DNA of 64,000 nucleotides from Camelus ferus. Taxonomy: Eukaryota. Shown here one piece after another: positions 1 to 13,564 of this stretch. The position numbers and the translations under genes are program-made. How positions within the stretch are numbered: position 1 is the first letter of the stretch; the number at the start of each line of letters is the position of its first letter. The notes beneath the pieces were generated by a model. The model saw nothing but the letters and a program-made list of their open reading frames with translations, was not told the DNA's origin and did no database searches. The stretch lies in contig NC_045697.1 of the NCBI RefSeq assembly GCF_009834535.1, positions 26,910,001-26,974,000 on the forward strand. Reading direction: 5' to 3'.

Positions 1-3000
1 TTAAGAAATGGAATTGATGTTGACTAGTTAAAGGGGGTGGGTTGATGCAGAAAAATGAGTCAGAGGTGATTATGCCAGTACCCAGGGTGTTGGCTCTTCC
101 ATCCATTCCACCATCATAGATGCTTAAGTATACACATAAATCACATTGCAGAGTAACCTACAATCCGCATTTACAAAAGGTGATTATTTGCTGAAAATAA
201 AATCTGTACTGACCAACAAGAATGTATCATATTCATTACTCACAATCTCTGTTTTCTTCCCGATTCTTTTCTGTCTTTGTCTGGGAAGCGAGTGAAAATA
301 GTAACCAAGAGTGGGTAAGGAGCAAGTTGAATCACAATATCTGTCTGTACCATCATAATTCTATGAACACTTCTCATATTGCTTTATATTTTTCTTCTTT
401 ATAGTATCAGGGACAGAGCAATTTTGTAAACATCTGTCATAGGGCAAATGCAAAGAAGATTTTGTGGAGGTCAAAGCTGGTGTCCCAGCTTGGAAATACG
501 CACAGATATAGGACAGCTTTGTGAGTCTTCTGTGTTATGGCCCTTTCTGTATTCTCAGCTGTCCAAAGCAGCCTCGGAAGTACCAGGAGGTGCTGCTCTT
601 TCTCCTGTTCTTCCTCTTCCTTCCTTAGCACCTGAGATGCTGGAGGATGTGCATATCTAATTGTGGGATTATCATTAGTCCTGACCCCTTTCCTGCTTTG
701 TTATGACAAGCTGCAAAACCACCTTCCCAGCCATTCTGCATATCTAAATGGCATGGTTTGAGGCAATTTAAATATTTTAGCATTTTTATTTATGTACAAA
801 TGATATATGGAAGAGATAGGAGTTTTAATTAATTTTAACTTGGGGAAAGGGAATCTCTGCTAGTTTTTACCTGGTTTGGCATTTATACTTTGTCTGCTAT
901 ACAAAAACATGTATTATTATTAATGAATGCTCCAAGTTTTCCAAACCCACTATTAAGATTAGTGTTGCTGGGCTAGAAACAAATATTCATACACTACCGG
1001 TAATATTATACATAATTTAAAGTGTACCTTGTCATGCAAATGGATTCAGCATGGTGCTTTCCCTCAACTGTAAAATTATTTTCTTGCCCCAAAATGGAGC
1101 AGGCTTGTGAATTTTTACGCAGCCTTGGAAGAGGCAGCTGAGTAAGCATTTGGGAGAGGCTTCAAATTCTGTCTCTGTGAAAATGGAATTAATTGGTCTC
1201 CAGCTTGAATCAGGTATAAATATAGAGGTGACCAAGATTCACCAGCAACAGGGAAGTAATCATATCTTTAATTGCCTAGTAGTCTCAAGGAAGTACTGGA
1301 CTCAACTTTTTCCAAACTATAGCAGATAAGTGTAAAAAAAAAATCTAGATTAGTCATTGCATCCATCTCTATACCTCATTTCTTTAAGAAAGGAATAATA
1401 ATGAGGCTAAACTTGATTTAAAATGTTCAGCTGGCCTTAAATTTTTACTAGTTTTGTAACTGTGTAATCTGGCATGGAAGTGGTGTTTGTCTTCCTGTGA
1501 GACCCTGTACAGTGCACGCCAGGGGTCTTAGTGCCTTCACAGGGACCACTGCATTTGTCTTTACTTTCTTACTAATCATAATTATTATGTTTTCTTTTCT
1601 AACTTCCTCTTATAAGTGGCTGAAATAGACTATTAAGAGTCTCTTTAATACAGTTCAGGATGGAAGGCTGTTCCTAGTAGTTTTTATCAGTGATATGATA
1701 ATGATTTCTGCTTTTATTCTAATTCAGTCTGTTGAATTTTCTCAGGAAATTGAGGAGGCAAGAGGCCTGCCTTTTCTCACTTTATCGTATATCATTGATA
1801 ATTATGGTTGGCACGAACTGGCTTACGTTTCTTTGAGGATACCAAGTGTCTCACCCAGTTCTCTTTTCTAACATTACAAACCAACCAACTGAATTTGTGT
1901 TCTACTTTTTTAGCCCCTGGAGAAAATGTTAAAACATGTTTTCCCCTTCTAACGAATTTTGCCCTTTAGTGCAGAATAATTTTTCCTTTCTTAAAAGTTT
2001 TTCTAATGCAAATAAATGAATTCTTACAAGGGCAAACTTTATTTTAACACTGTCCTTCTAAATCGAAGCACAGCTATATTCACAGAAATGACATTCATGA
2101 AGTGGGAGCAAAGAAAGCAATACATTTTAGGGGATCAAAAAGTCATTTGTCTATTTTGAAGTATCGTGTATTTAAATAAGGTAATTAACAGGATCATATT
2201 CATATATAGTATATTGAAAATATGCTACTAGGATTTCTCTCAAATCTTTGTTAGGTGAAATTAAAATAAGAAATGTATCTGTATAATAATTTTACCATTT
2301 GAATAAGTTTATTTATATCTCATCTTACTACCTTTATTATCTCTACCTCAAGACTATTACTAAAACTAAACACACATTTCTTTGACTCACATTCTTCATT
2401 TTAAAAAGTGTCCAGCTTCTTATTTTTGGAGATTTAAAGATCTACATGAACATATATAACATTAGTGGGACACGTGTATTGACTATATTGTGAGTACTTT
2501 GTATGGAGAACTCATCCACTCTTCCCAATAGTTTATGAGGGAATTAGTGTTGTTGTAACCATTGTACAGACAGGCTAACTGAGGAGAAAAAAGGATTCCT
2601 GACTCTTGCCAGGATATACCGCTAGTAAGGACCTGTGCAGGACACAAACCTGAGGAGGTCTGATGCTAGGATTTACATGTTAACCATTCCACAGTGCTGC
2701 TTCTCAATTTCTCAGCTTTTGTTTCTTCTGAACTAAGATGTGTTCAATTCAACGTACAAAGTCCTCTTAACCAATGGGTCTTAAATTCCCCTTGGAGCAC
2801 AGGCATCTGTTAGAATCTTACCTGTTTTAGTATATCTTCATCTCAGATATATCAAGGTCAAAGAATAGCATTCCTGACTTCCACCTTTCCCCCAATTTCA
2901 ATCCATATTTTTCATTCCTTTTTAAGGCACACTCACATGCCAGTGCGCTGTACAGCACAGCAAACTGTTCATTTCTAGAAGTGATTAGTCCATGATTCTT

Positions 3001-3231
3001 TGCCTCCCACAGAGGCCATCACCCCTCTAATCCTTGGGGAGAAAGTGAATGAAAGAATAGAGACATATTGTAAATAGCCTCTGACTGCCCCAGCTTTACA
3101 CTGAACTGGGAAGATACAAGGCAGAGATAAAAATGTACAATACTAAAACCAAGACCAAATCGAGGAAATTCAACTAGTTCTGAGACATGCAGAATTAAAT
3201 TAAGATTCACAAACTCTGGACAGAAATCATG

Positions 3232-3435
3232 TTAATAGCAAACGTTTACTGAGCAGCATTTATGTGCCAGGTGCCATTCTGCATCGTACATGTAGTGATC
3301 TGCGTCGCCTGACAAGAGTAGTGATGAGGGGTGGGTATGACTGTTACGCTCATCTTACAGATACAGAAACAGGCACACAGAGCTGGGATTTGAAGCCAGG
3401 CTGACTGACTCTGCGGTTCATGGTCTTAACCACTT
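3232..3435 (-). mobile_element. MIR SINE fragment
   Basis: Reverse-complement MIR hallmarks: tttactgagc...tatgtgccagg, catcttacagatacagaaacaggcacacagag, gggatttgaagccagg, tcttaaccact. Confidence 0.75.
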
Positions 3436-3999
3436 TAGACATTTTTCCTGCCACTTGATATGAGATGCTTCATTTTGACCTCACTATCTCCCCTTTGCCT
3501 CAAAATCCAGATCAGTTTTGTGCAGTACACTGGGCAGCTGTCCATGGCTGTGCATATATAGCTTTCCAAAAGGGTTGTCCAAGTTCCATCAATAAAAATT
3601 CAGGGGCTGCAAATCACCATGAACAAGGAACATGATAGGGATTTGGCAGCTAATTGTAATTTGCCATGAATATTCCCAAATTACAGTTGCTGGTTGGAAA
3701 CACCTTAATAGCACTACACTCTGAGAATTCTGAATATCCATGTACCCCATTGCTGAAGACACATGGAGCGTTAACAACAGTTGTAGGTAGAAAATTCAGC
3801 TCAGGCTACTAACATGCCTGTTAGCCACTGGATTCTAGATTAGGAGAAAGGGCATCAATTTGTTCTCCAGCAACAGATGGAGAATGAGAGTTGACTGACA
3901 CCCAAATGGATGGAGATGAGGACAAAAGAACAAGTCAGACATCCTGGATATTCACCAAGTTTGAGGGGAGAAGCTTTTGAAAAACATTTTACAGATTAA

Positions 4000-5430
4000 G
4001 AAAAATGGATTAGGATGACGAAAATGTATATGAAAATGATTTTTCTAAAAAAAAAGACTTTAGCAAGCATGTTGGCATCTTAGTAGCATTTGAGACTGAA
4101 AATCACATGGTGAGAACAGACTAATGTGAGAAAACAGCTACATGGTAGAGATGGGTGACTTGCAAGGAAAACAAAAACTAGAATTATCACAGTAAAAATC
4201 AAGTCAGTCCAGTGATGCAGAGAATAATATGAAATGGTTTCTCAGTATTCAGGAGAAAAAGAGATGAAGAATAAAAGAAAGAAAATGGAGGGCCGAGAAA
4301 AGAATCCAACCCTAAAATTACAGGTATTTCCAGGAAGGAAAACATTAAAGTCAGAAGCAATAATCAGAAACAATATTGGAAGGAGTGGAGGGTATATAGC
4401 TCAGGGGTAGAGTGCGTGCTTAGCATGCATGAGGTCCTGGGTTCAGTCCCCAGTACCTCCTCTAAAAATAAATAAATAATACTAATTACCTTCTCCTTCC
4501 TGCCCCCCCCCCCAAAAAAACAATATTGGAGGAAGAAAATCTGGACAAATGCTTTTTACTAGCAATCAAAACAGATCTTTGACAAGTGTAACAAAATTGA
4601 GAAATATATAGAAGTAAAATTAGGAATAATAAAGAGTGATTTAGCCACAGATACAGAAATAACAACCATCAACAACAGTAAGATGTAGAACTGACTAGGG
4701 GCCATGAGTCTGCGTCACATCTGCGGGATTTTTAAACATTTGTATCATAAGTAAGAAAACTTAAAATTAAAAGAAAATACTATGTAAAACTCGATGCTGG
4801 GAAAGTTTCAAAGCTGAATACATGACTACTTCTCTGAAAAGTTTTAATTACCAAAATAGATTCAAGATGATTGAGATAAACCGCTAGCTGTAAAAGAAAG
4901 TTCATCAAAGCATAGCTTCCCAAAAAAAAGGTTCCTTTTGTTTCCAAAAAGTAAAAAAAAAAAAAAGTGATTTTATCTGTGTATCCTTCTAAGCTTTTAA
5001 TTCCACACTAAATAAATTGTTCCATTGTAAAGAAAGACAAAGGAGAAAGCCATCTTACTCACTTTTTATGCTAGCATAATCCTGACCCCAAACATGACAG
5101 AGCACAAAAATTAATACCCCTTGTTGATTTTAATATAGGTTAAAAATTCTTTATGAAATGATTACTAAACCAAATTTTGAAAGTTTTTAAAACGTATCTA
5201 CCATACTTAGGGTTTACCTCAGAAAGGTAAGAAGATTTATTATTAGAAAGTTCATTAATAAGTAAATCAATGCTAAAAATGTTAATTTCAACTCATGCCA
5301 GAAAAAGAATTTAACAAAATTCAAGACCCTTTTCTACAAAGTGATGAATTCTGTAAGCCTACCAACAGATTCTTCCTTTATATATTAAGAATATCTACCT
5401 TATGTTAATAACCAACTTTGTGATTACTAC
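4000..5430 (+). mobile_element. Ancient, decayed L1 (L1M-type) ORF1/ORF2 fragments; boundaries approximate
   Basis: A-rich + strand; 4775-4880 resembles the L1 ORF2 segment YYEQLYANKFENLDEMDKFLEKYNLPKL in degenerate form; interrupted by a younger SINE. Confidence 0.55.
4381..4517 (+). mobile_element. tRNA-Ala-derived camelid SINE (Vic-1-like)
   Basis: Head ggagggtatatagctcaggggtagagtgcgtgcttagcatgcatgaggtcctgggttcagtccccagtacctcc with A- and B-box-like motifs, (taaa)n/C-rich/A tail, perfect 13-bp TSD aaacaatattgga (4368-4380 and 4518-4530). Confidence 0.88.
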
Positions 5431-5629
5431 ATGCCCATGGCCTGTGTCATACTTACAAACATGAGTGCTTACTGACAGGAATCTGCAGACGACTATGAAG
5501 TAAAATATGAAAGTGAGCCATGATGTCACCATCCAGAGACACTCATTTAACTAACACTCATTAGCTAAATATTTTAACTAGTATTTTAAGTATGTGCCAG
5601 GCCTTGTTCTGTTTATCTGCATGTTTTTA

Positions 5630-5861
5630 CAGTTGACCCTTGAACAACAGGGGAGTTAGAGGCGCCAGTCCTCCCACAGTTGAACACCCAGCTATATGGC
5701 TGCCCTTGTCTGCACCGTTACACACTGTTCCTCCATATCCACAATTCTGCATCCATGGGTTCAACCAACTGTGGATCACGTAGTACTGTAGTGTTTACTA
5801 TTGAAAGAAATTTGCATACAAGTGAACCTGTGCAGTTCAAACCTGTTTTAAGGGTCAACTC
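5630..5861. mobile_element. Tigger2-family non-autonomous DNA transposon (MITE), inserted in a MIR-like remnant
   Basis: Terminal inverted repeats cagttgacccttgaacaac ... gttttaagggtcaact, preceded by TA; inner end gaacctgtgcagttcaaacc typical of Tigger2/MER8. Confidence 0.82.
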
Positions 5862-6049
5862 CACTTTGTTAAGAATATTCTGCATAGGTATTCCTGTTGT
5901 AATCCTCATTGTGCTGATGAAGAGACAGACACATAGAAGGGTTAGGTAGCTTTCCCAAGGTCACTGAGCAAGCACATAGGTGAGGTATAAATTCAAGCAG
6001 TGTTAGAGAATTCACACCCTTAAGCCATATGTTAAATCATCTCTTTAGA

Positions 6050-6570
6050 GAAATTTTTCCAGTATTTTATCATAAGCATTTCCCAATGACATATAATTTT
6101 CTTAAATTATTATTTTAATAATGTATAATACTTGAGCATACAAATGAACTACTATATATTTAAATGTTGCCTATTTTTACATATGTAGGTCATTTCTGAT
6201 TATTTACTATAAATACTAATGCATTTAACATTTTCATATAAATTCAAACTGCCTGATTTTTTCTTTGAGTATAAACTCCAAGATGCAGAATTACTAGGTC
6301 AAAACTCATTAGTATGCGTAAACCATCCTGAATTTCTGCTTGTTTTCTGGAAAGATTCTGCGATTGGCATTTCTACCCAAAGAAGGTGAGAATGCCCATT
6401 TCATAGTGACTTAATCAGCTCTAAAAAGTACCACAACTTAACACTTTTGTAAATTTGATAGGTACAAAAAGGAGTATCTTACTTCACATCTTTGGCTACT
6501 AGTAATGTTTAAAAATCTTTTCATATGTATATTAGCCATTGGAAAATAGTTTTGTGATTTGCCTGTTGAT
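6050..6570 (-). mobile_element. Ancient L1 (L1ME-like) 3' fragment
   Basis: Degenerate antisense L1 ORF2-end motifs (gaattactaggtcaaa, gagaatgcccatttc, tcttttcatatgtatattagccatt). Confidence 0.5.
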
Positions 6571-7347
6571 TCCTACCTCACAGAAAGCAGTGTAGCGAAC
6601 GGTTAAGAACAGTCATTTTTGTCAGAGGCATTGGAATTTTCAACTTTTAAGAAATAGAACATCACTATACTAGATACATCGTTCTCACACAAAGGCGGAC
6701 ATGGTAAGTTGTCCAGTTATTCTTGGAAACCTAGGTTAATCATGATCCCACAAACCTTAATCTCACTGAACCTGTTTCCTTATCTTCAAAGTGGGGGTAA
6801 TGATACTTCATTGGTTTATTGTCAGTATTAAATAAGATACTACATGGAAAATGTTTAATGCACAAATGGCAGCTTTCAAACGGTAACTTTTAAAACATAT
6901 TGCTCTATGCTTTCAGGCCACTTACCTGGAGCTCTGTTTAGACTTATATTAGAGTTTTGTATGTACTTATCAGTAGATGATAAATTCTCAGGAGGAATTT
7001 TTATCCTTGCCCTCTGCCTCTAGCACACTAGTATCTAGCAAAAGCCTTATGTGTATTAGCAGTGGAGTACATATCTACCGTATTGGGCTGAATGTAAAAT
7101 TACTCTACTTTGAAAGGATATTTTATAATTAGATGTCATGATTCCATCTAGTTGGTCTCTAAAACATTTTTTCATTTTCCTATTGCAGAATTTTAAAAAA
7201 TAGAAATCCTCAAATTTAGGTTCTCAAGGGCAGCTTTCAGATTTTTAACTGCTTGCTAACCACCTCATTTAGGACAGACTCCATTACAGGCCAGCGCCAG
7301 ACAGGCCACACTCAAGGGCAAACATACGAATAGTGACCTCCCTTCAG

Positions 7348-7590
7348 TGGGGAGGGATCAGTCAGGAACTTGGGACTAATAGATACACACTACTATATAT
7401 AAAATAGATAAACAACAAGGATTACCGTATAGCACAGGGAATGATACTCAATTCTCTTGTAATAACCTATAGTGGAAAAGAATCTGAAAAGAAAATCTAC
7501 ATATGTATGTACATGTATAACTGAATCACTTTGCTGTACACCTGAAACTAACATTGTAAATCAACTATACTTTAATAAAAAAATAAAATT
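7348..7590 (+). mobile_element. 5'-truncated L1 3' end (cetartiodactyl-type)
   Basis: ggggagggat...agatacacactactatatataaaatagataaacaacaagg...tatagcacaggg...gctgtacacctgaaactaacattgtaaatcaactatact followed by an A-rich tail. Confidence 0.88.
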
Positions 7591-10011
7591 GCAGAAGAAT
7601 TTTTAAAAAAGAGTAGTGAACACCTCAATTACAGTTGATTTGATGAACAAAGATAAACCAGTGTGGCTCTTGGCAAATGAAGTGCCCGCCCCCCACCTTC
7701 TCTTTCCATTGAAAAATAAATGTTTTCATTAAGTATCTCCCAGTGTTTTGTGTAGTAAAACACACAAAAAAAGAAACGCACTGATAGGTTTTATGAAGAC
7801 CTACAAAAATCAACATGGTTCTTTTAAGTTGTTTTCACTGTCAGGCCAAAGTTATTACAAAAGTTCAGGGGGAATAACATTTTCAGGTATTTTTGGTTAG
7901 ACCATGTTTTAGGTTAGAACTTTTTTTTATAATAAAAATACAAATTTGTCAGCCTCCTTTTGGTTCTGGTGATTAGGACAATAAATTTTGTATGGCCCTC
8001 TGTGCCCTTTGTCCACCCCCAACTCCCCTTCCCAACTTATGAGCCTGTGTTTGTTCCAAATCCCTGTTAATAATCATTTGACAAAATACTAATGGCAATG
8101 ACTGATTTGGAGAATTTTAAATATTCTATTATTATCTTCTATACTGATGCCTGAATTGGAATAAAAGGCATATACAACATTCATCTATATGGACAGGTTT
8201 AAGTTCAATTTTATTACCTAAGCTTTCTCAAAGAGAAAAGTGAAACATAGGCCAAATAATAATCATTTGCATAATCAGAAGGCTGTTGGTTAAGGAGGTG
8301 AGCAGTGTGATAGGGTCAGGGTGTCATTTAGTTCGTTTCATCGTCATTCACAGTGGGTGACAGTTCACAATTTCAAGAAAGTTAGGAGGAAACTCCGCTT
8401 TCCCTTGCAGCCATGGCTGGTGCCAGCCAGATTCTACCCTGGTTTTGCATGCATCCTAGGATGATTCCTTGGCCTGTTAGGCAATTACCTTTCAGCTGGC
8501 CCTAGTGTTTTGCTTTATTTCCCTGAACTTTTTTTTTTTTTTTTGGAGTGACCTTTAAGTCACAGGGACTTAATAATTTGGTGACTGTTGTAAAATTGTT
8601 TCTTTCAATACACACCCCCTATGTGTCCTCTCTAGGGGTAATTTTATAAATCATTTTTCAAAACTCTGCTTTTTCTGTAATGCTGGGCTCAACAACTGAT
8701 TTCTTTAAAAATTGAGAAGTTTAAAGAATTGGGCATTTTGCTGAAATTCACAAGGACTCATTTGTTGTTTTAAAGCTGTTGAGGGAACCAGTATTTGTTT
8801 TTATAGTTTTACAATTATAAACTGTAAAACTAACGGAGTAGTTTGATTTCATTTGTGTTGAAGTTATAAAACTGGCTACAATGGCAATTCACATTCTATC
8901 ACTCAACTTTCAGACTAATTGTACAAAGGAAAGCCAGAGCTGAACAAATGCTTAGTAATTTGGACTTCTCCATGTCCCCTACCCCTTCTCGCACCAAAAA
9001 ACAAAACAAAAACAACTCTTTTACTCTGGTTTCAGGATAATTCAGTGGAAAACCATATAGTAGTCCATGAATTTGTGCAAGGTTTCATTATATTTAAGTT
9101 TCAGAAAAAGGCAGCACTTTCTGGTATGTTCTACCGGGTTTTCACAGGAAGAACTGTGATGCGCAAAGCTAATGTGGTCCATCGAACCTGAGGGTCAGAA
9201 TAAATGTTTCCACGTTTGCAACCACTGAGGCCTGTTGTTATCTTCACTTCACAGAGCAAACCGAGACACAGAGAGGCTGAACAGATCACCCAGAGTCACA
9301 CAGAGAAGCCAGAATTCAGACTCAGCCAGGCTAGCTCCAGGTTATCACTCTGGTGCCATGTTTTTGTGTGTCACAAAGCACATTTCCTAATACGTTTTAT
9401 CACTTAATCCTACTAATATCCCCAGGAGATACTAGAGTTGTATTACTGCTTGTTCACTGGAGTCAACTGAGACAAGCAGCATGAGGCAGAGTGGACCGGG
9501 GTTGTGCCCTGAAGTCATTTCAGCCCCAGTTCCCTGACAGCTTGGCTCCTCCTCTCCTCTCATGCCTCCGTCTCTCAGGGAGGTTGGTTTTGCTGAGGAA
9601 CATTCTCATTAAATGAAAACATAAACTGTGTCTTGACCAGACAAGTGAAGGCAGACCTGTCCCAGGTGAAGCAGGGTGGCCAGGGCACTTACACATCCCT
9701 CCTGTCCCGCCCATTCCCATCCCGCCCCCAGCGCCCCCAGGTGGCTCCATGGAACACAGCTGGGTACCCACTGCTTCACCCCATGTGTGTTACCTTCCCA
9801 GAGGTACAAAATGGGTTTGTTCTCCCTGGAAAGACTGAGTGGTGATAGGGGAAATTAGCATGGAGAGGCCAGAAATTCCTGGACACAGGAAGAGAACAGA
9901 AGAAAAAGCAAGCTTTTTTTTCAGTTGGGTATAAGTCAGGATTTGAACGTGGTACTTGCGAGCTTCAGTCTGTTGTTCATCTGTAAAAGGTGAATAAGCA
10001 GTGATGTCTTT

Positions 10012-10230
10012 CGTCGAGTGCTTCTGGTGGGCCAAGTTTCTAGGCACTCTTTCATTTAATCCTTGCAGAAAAATTCTGAGGTGCAGCGGTTGTCATCCCC
10101 AACTTTCAGATGAAAAAGTAAGGCTCAGAGAGATGAGCTAACTCCCCCATGCCTACTAGGTTAGAAGATGGCAGAGTTGGAATTCAAAACCACATCGGTC
10201 TAACTATCAAATCTATGCCCTTAACCGACA
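10012..10230 (-). mobile_element. MIR SINE
   Basis: tcatttaatcct...tttcagatgaaaaagtaaggctcagagag...gcagagttggaattcaaaacc...cccttaacc; further MIR pieces at about 10330-10560 (+) and 10680-10850 (-). Confidence 0.75.
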
Positions 10231-13200
10231 TTGGATTGGGGAAATTATGAAATAAAGCTCCTAATATGTGCCAGGGACATAGTAGGTGTCTAATAAATGG
10301 CAGATGTTGTTTTAGGGAGATAACATATTATTTAAGAGTACAGACTCTGAACTCACACTGTCAGGGTTCAGGTATCTGCTCTACTATTCACGTGAGCAGA
10401 TATCTGTTCACATGATGTGTGATTATGGAGATTATGGACAAATTTTTTAAATCTCTCTAGGCTTCAATTATCCCATTTATAAAATTGGAATAATATTAGC
10501 ACCTACTACATAGTTTTTGTGACAATCAAGTGACATACTGTATTACTTAGCACTGGCCCTTACCCACTGTGTGTGTTAAATAAACTCTGATACAATTAGG
10601 ATCTCTGTGTCAAAAAACCAGGAACAGGAGACCAAAAAAAATGAATTTTCCAAGAAGCCTCCATTTATCTCATTTTGTTTTCACCAAAGCTTGTGTGAAG
10701 TGGTGCTACATCATTCCCATTTTATAAATGATACTTTGAGAGTTTTTAAAACATTTTTCTCAAATGTTTATAACCGGTAAGTAATGGAACTGAAATGTGA
10801 GCCCAGGCAGGGGGACTTCTGAGCCCGCATCATCATTCTGCATCCATTTAGACAAGCTGGTGAAGATACCTTACCCTAGTCTTGAGGAGCCCAAGTGTCA
10901 GGGGTGCAGCAGATTAGAGAAATGCTATTCTCTTCCCTGATGAAATTCAGAACCAGTTGTGAGAGGCTGTTGCACGAATCAGGTAGATGGAGATTTTAAA
11001 TGTCACCTTTTTCACGGTAAAGCTGTTGAAGAGCGTGGCTTAGATCTGATACCAAGCAGAATTATTCAATCTTTCATAAGGCAGAATGACCCACCCACTG
11101 GCCAGCCTCACACCTCAGCCCCAACCCCAACCCCACGAGCCTGCCCTGGAGGATTGGAGCTGAGTGAGGGCTTCCTGTCGGCAGAAAGATCCCTGGAAGA
11201 GAGAAGGGTAGACTCATTTGTCTCCCATGGTCTCTCCCACATCACCAGTTGGATAAGTGACTCCTCCTCTCCTGGATGGAGTGAGTGAAGGTGCAGAAAG
11301 GCAAGGCGTGTTACTCTAATGAATATAAACACCCTGGGTGGGGTGTAAGATCACATTTAATGTTCCCAGATTTGAGTTCTCTCAACTTCGCTGGGCTCAA
11401 CCTTTAAGAATATGGGTCATCCAGGTGTGTGACTGACCCCTCAGGTGAGATTAACATCCGTCAGAGCAGGACAGCTCCCAGATTCACGCAGCCACTCTTC
11501 CAGACCAGCCACTGCTCCTCTGGGTTTCCTCCCTGGACCATAGCAAGGCAATGTTCACTTTGACCCCAGAAAGCTCCAGAATAGCTCAGAAATACACAAT
11601 TATTAAATTAATGTGAAAGCTACTCTGTACCTAAATCTGAAATTCAGTCTGTATTCTATTTCTCATCCCAAATTGTGTGCCACATTGTCCAATACAGCCC
11701 TTCAGGAGTTCTGTAACGAGATTTAAAAATAGCATACAGCTATTCCAATAATGAAATGCTAATAATATAAACAGTTCTACTGAATATAAATCTCACCCCA
11801 TTATTAATTACATAGGGAGTAATTAACTTTAAAAGATTAACATTCAAAAAATTAAAGTAGAATGTAGTTAAGTCAAATTTCAAAATAACTGAAAATTCTT
11901 TTGCTTTTGTGGGATAAAATTTTTTAAATTACAGTTCAAAATTTATCTTCAGTATCTTATTCTGTTCAGTCTCATTCACAGTCTTGATACCTAGGACAAG
12001 CTTGGGCTCTGGGTGGGTGTTACTGCTTCCGCATCTCAGAAATGAACCATTATTCTGTGATTCCAAAAAGATAATAAAACATAGCTAACCATCATGGTGC
12101 TGATCCCACACCCATGAAATTAGGAACACAAGCCAACCCCAGGCCCTAAAGAAGGTAGCCCAGGCACCCGTACGTTCTGCAAATCCATATTTGATATTGT
12201 GAAAAACCGTAGCAGAGACTCAGCGCTAGCAAGTGAAAGATTCAACAGAGAAAGTCCTGGTTTCCACCTCGCCGGGGTGCCAGTTGGTCTGTGCGTGCAC
12301 TCCAGCGACCATGACCTAGATTCTTTGGGGAGAATGTTCCCATTAAGAGATTAACTTTGGCATTTTCACTTTGTTTACGAATTCAGGAGGACACTTCTCC
12401 TCACATGTACTGTCCCCTCTCACAGGACCTAACATTGAGACATTCCTGCCTTGCAAACTGAAATATTTGGAATGATGCCAACCTCAGGCATCGAGCTTTA
12501 TATGAGAGTTTCCTGCCTTTCCAAGGGGAAAATGACTGGGGAAGACGGTGCTCTCCCACACCTCTCCCTCCCCCTTCCCCTTGGAGCCCATGTTTCCTGC
12601 ACCCCAGTCTGCACTGGGGGCATGGACCCTAGTGATGGAGCCACAGCCTTCTATGAAGCTCTTGTCACAAGTGTCCATCACTATCCCCTGCTATAGCATC
12701 ACTTACATCTAAGAAGTGTGGTTCCTGGGGAAGATTTTCGCTGAACCCACACATTTCAACTGGAGAATTCCCTAAGATTCCTGAACTGGAAGTGCTGTTG
12801 GTGTCTCAGGAGCCTGTTGAAAACCACTTCCTCTGCCACACTCTCCTTTGGGTTTTGGCTGTCTGAAGCCTGGGCGCCTTTCTCTGTGCACACTTTCTCT
12901 GCGGTAGCATCGTCTAGTCTTTTAGGAACTCTCAGGGGAATTTCCAGCAGCTGACTCCTCACCTGGGTCTCTTCCCTTTTCTGACACCTATTCACTGAAT
13001 TTGAGGGCCATTTCCCCCTTTTGATTTATAGACAAGAACAATTGATTTTCTAAGATATCTCTTTAGATCTCATCCTCTGGGGTCTCCCATGGTGAGAAAT
13101 ACAAAATTAGGAGTTCTTGGTGTGCCAGAGACTTCTACTTTACAAACAAATCACGCCTCCCTGCCCCTCCCTGCACTGGCGAATTCACCTAGGTGACACT

Positions 13201-13544
13201 CCCATAGGATCGGCAGGGAACCTAGACCTGGACGTGCTCCATTATTGTCCCACCCGGTCACATGGAGGGTGTCTCACTTTCTCTGTCCTCAAGTTCTTGT
13301 CTCATCAATTTATCAAGCAAGTCCCTCAGAGCCTGGTAAACACATGCACACCCCCTACCATGGCTCTGTCACCTGAAGAGTCATCCAGAAATTCTCTGCT
13401 GCCTTCTCCAGTCATTTCATATCAAATCTGGCCACATAGGTAACCACTTTCTACAGTGGCCCAATCATCAGAAGGTCAGTCCTCAATGGCTTTTACTGGA
13501 GACAATGCAGGTTTTTGAGTTGTTTGCAAATGTTTTTCCAGAAT

Positions 13545-13564
13545 CTGGCGCCCTCTAGGGGAGT
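13545..13564 (-). promoter_or_regulatory. Candidate CTCF site
   Basis: Minus strand actCCCCTAGAGGGCGCCAg fits the core CCnnnAGRKGGCRS; CpG retained. Confidence 0.5.

Noticed and set aside
4388..4460. Possible tRNA-Ala gene
   Set aside because: Degenerate A/B boxes, a SINE tail and a flanking TSD show it is a tRNA-derived SINE.
7181..7612. Similar strings attgcagaa(gaa)ttttaaaaaa at ~7182 and ~7588, and gaatagtga/gagtagtga around the L1 end
   Set aside because: Low-complexity and imperfect; cannot be called a TSD or transduction with confidence.
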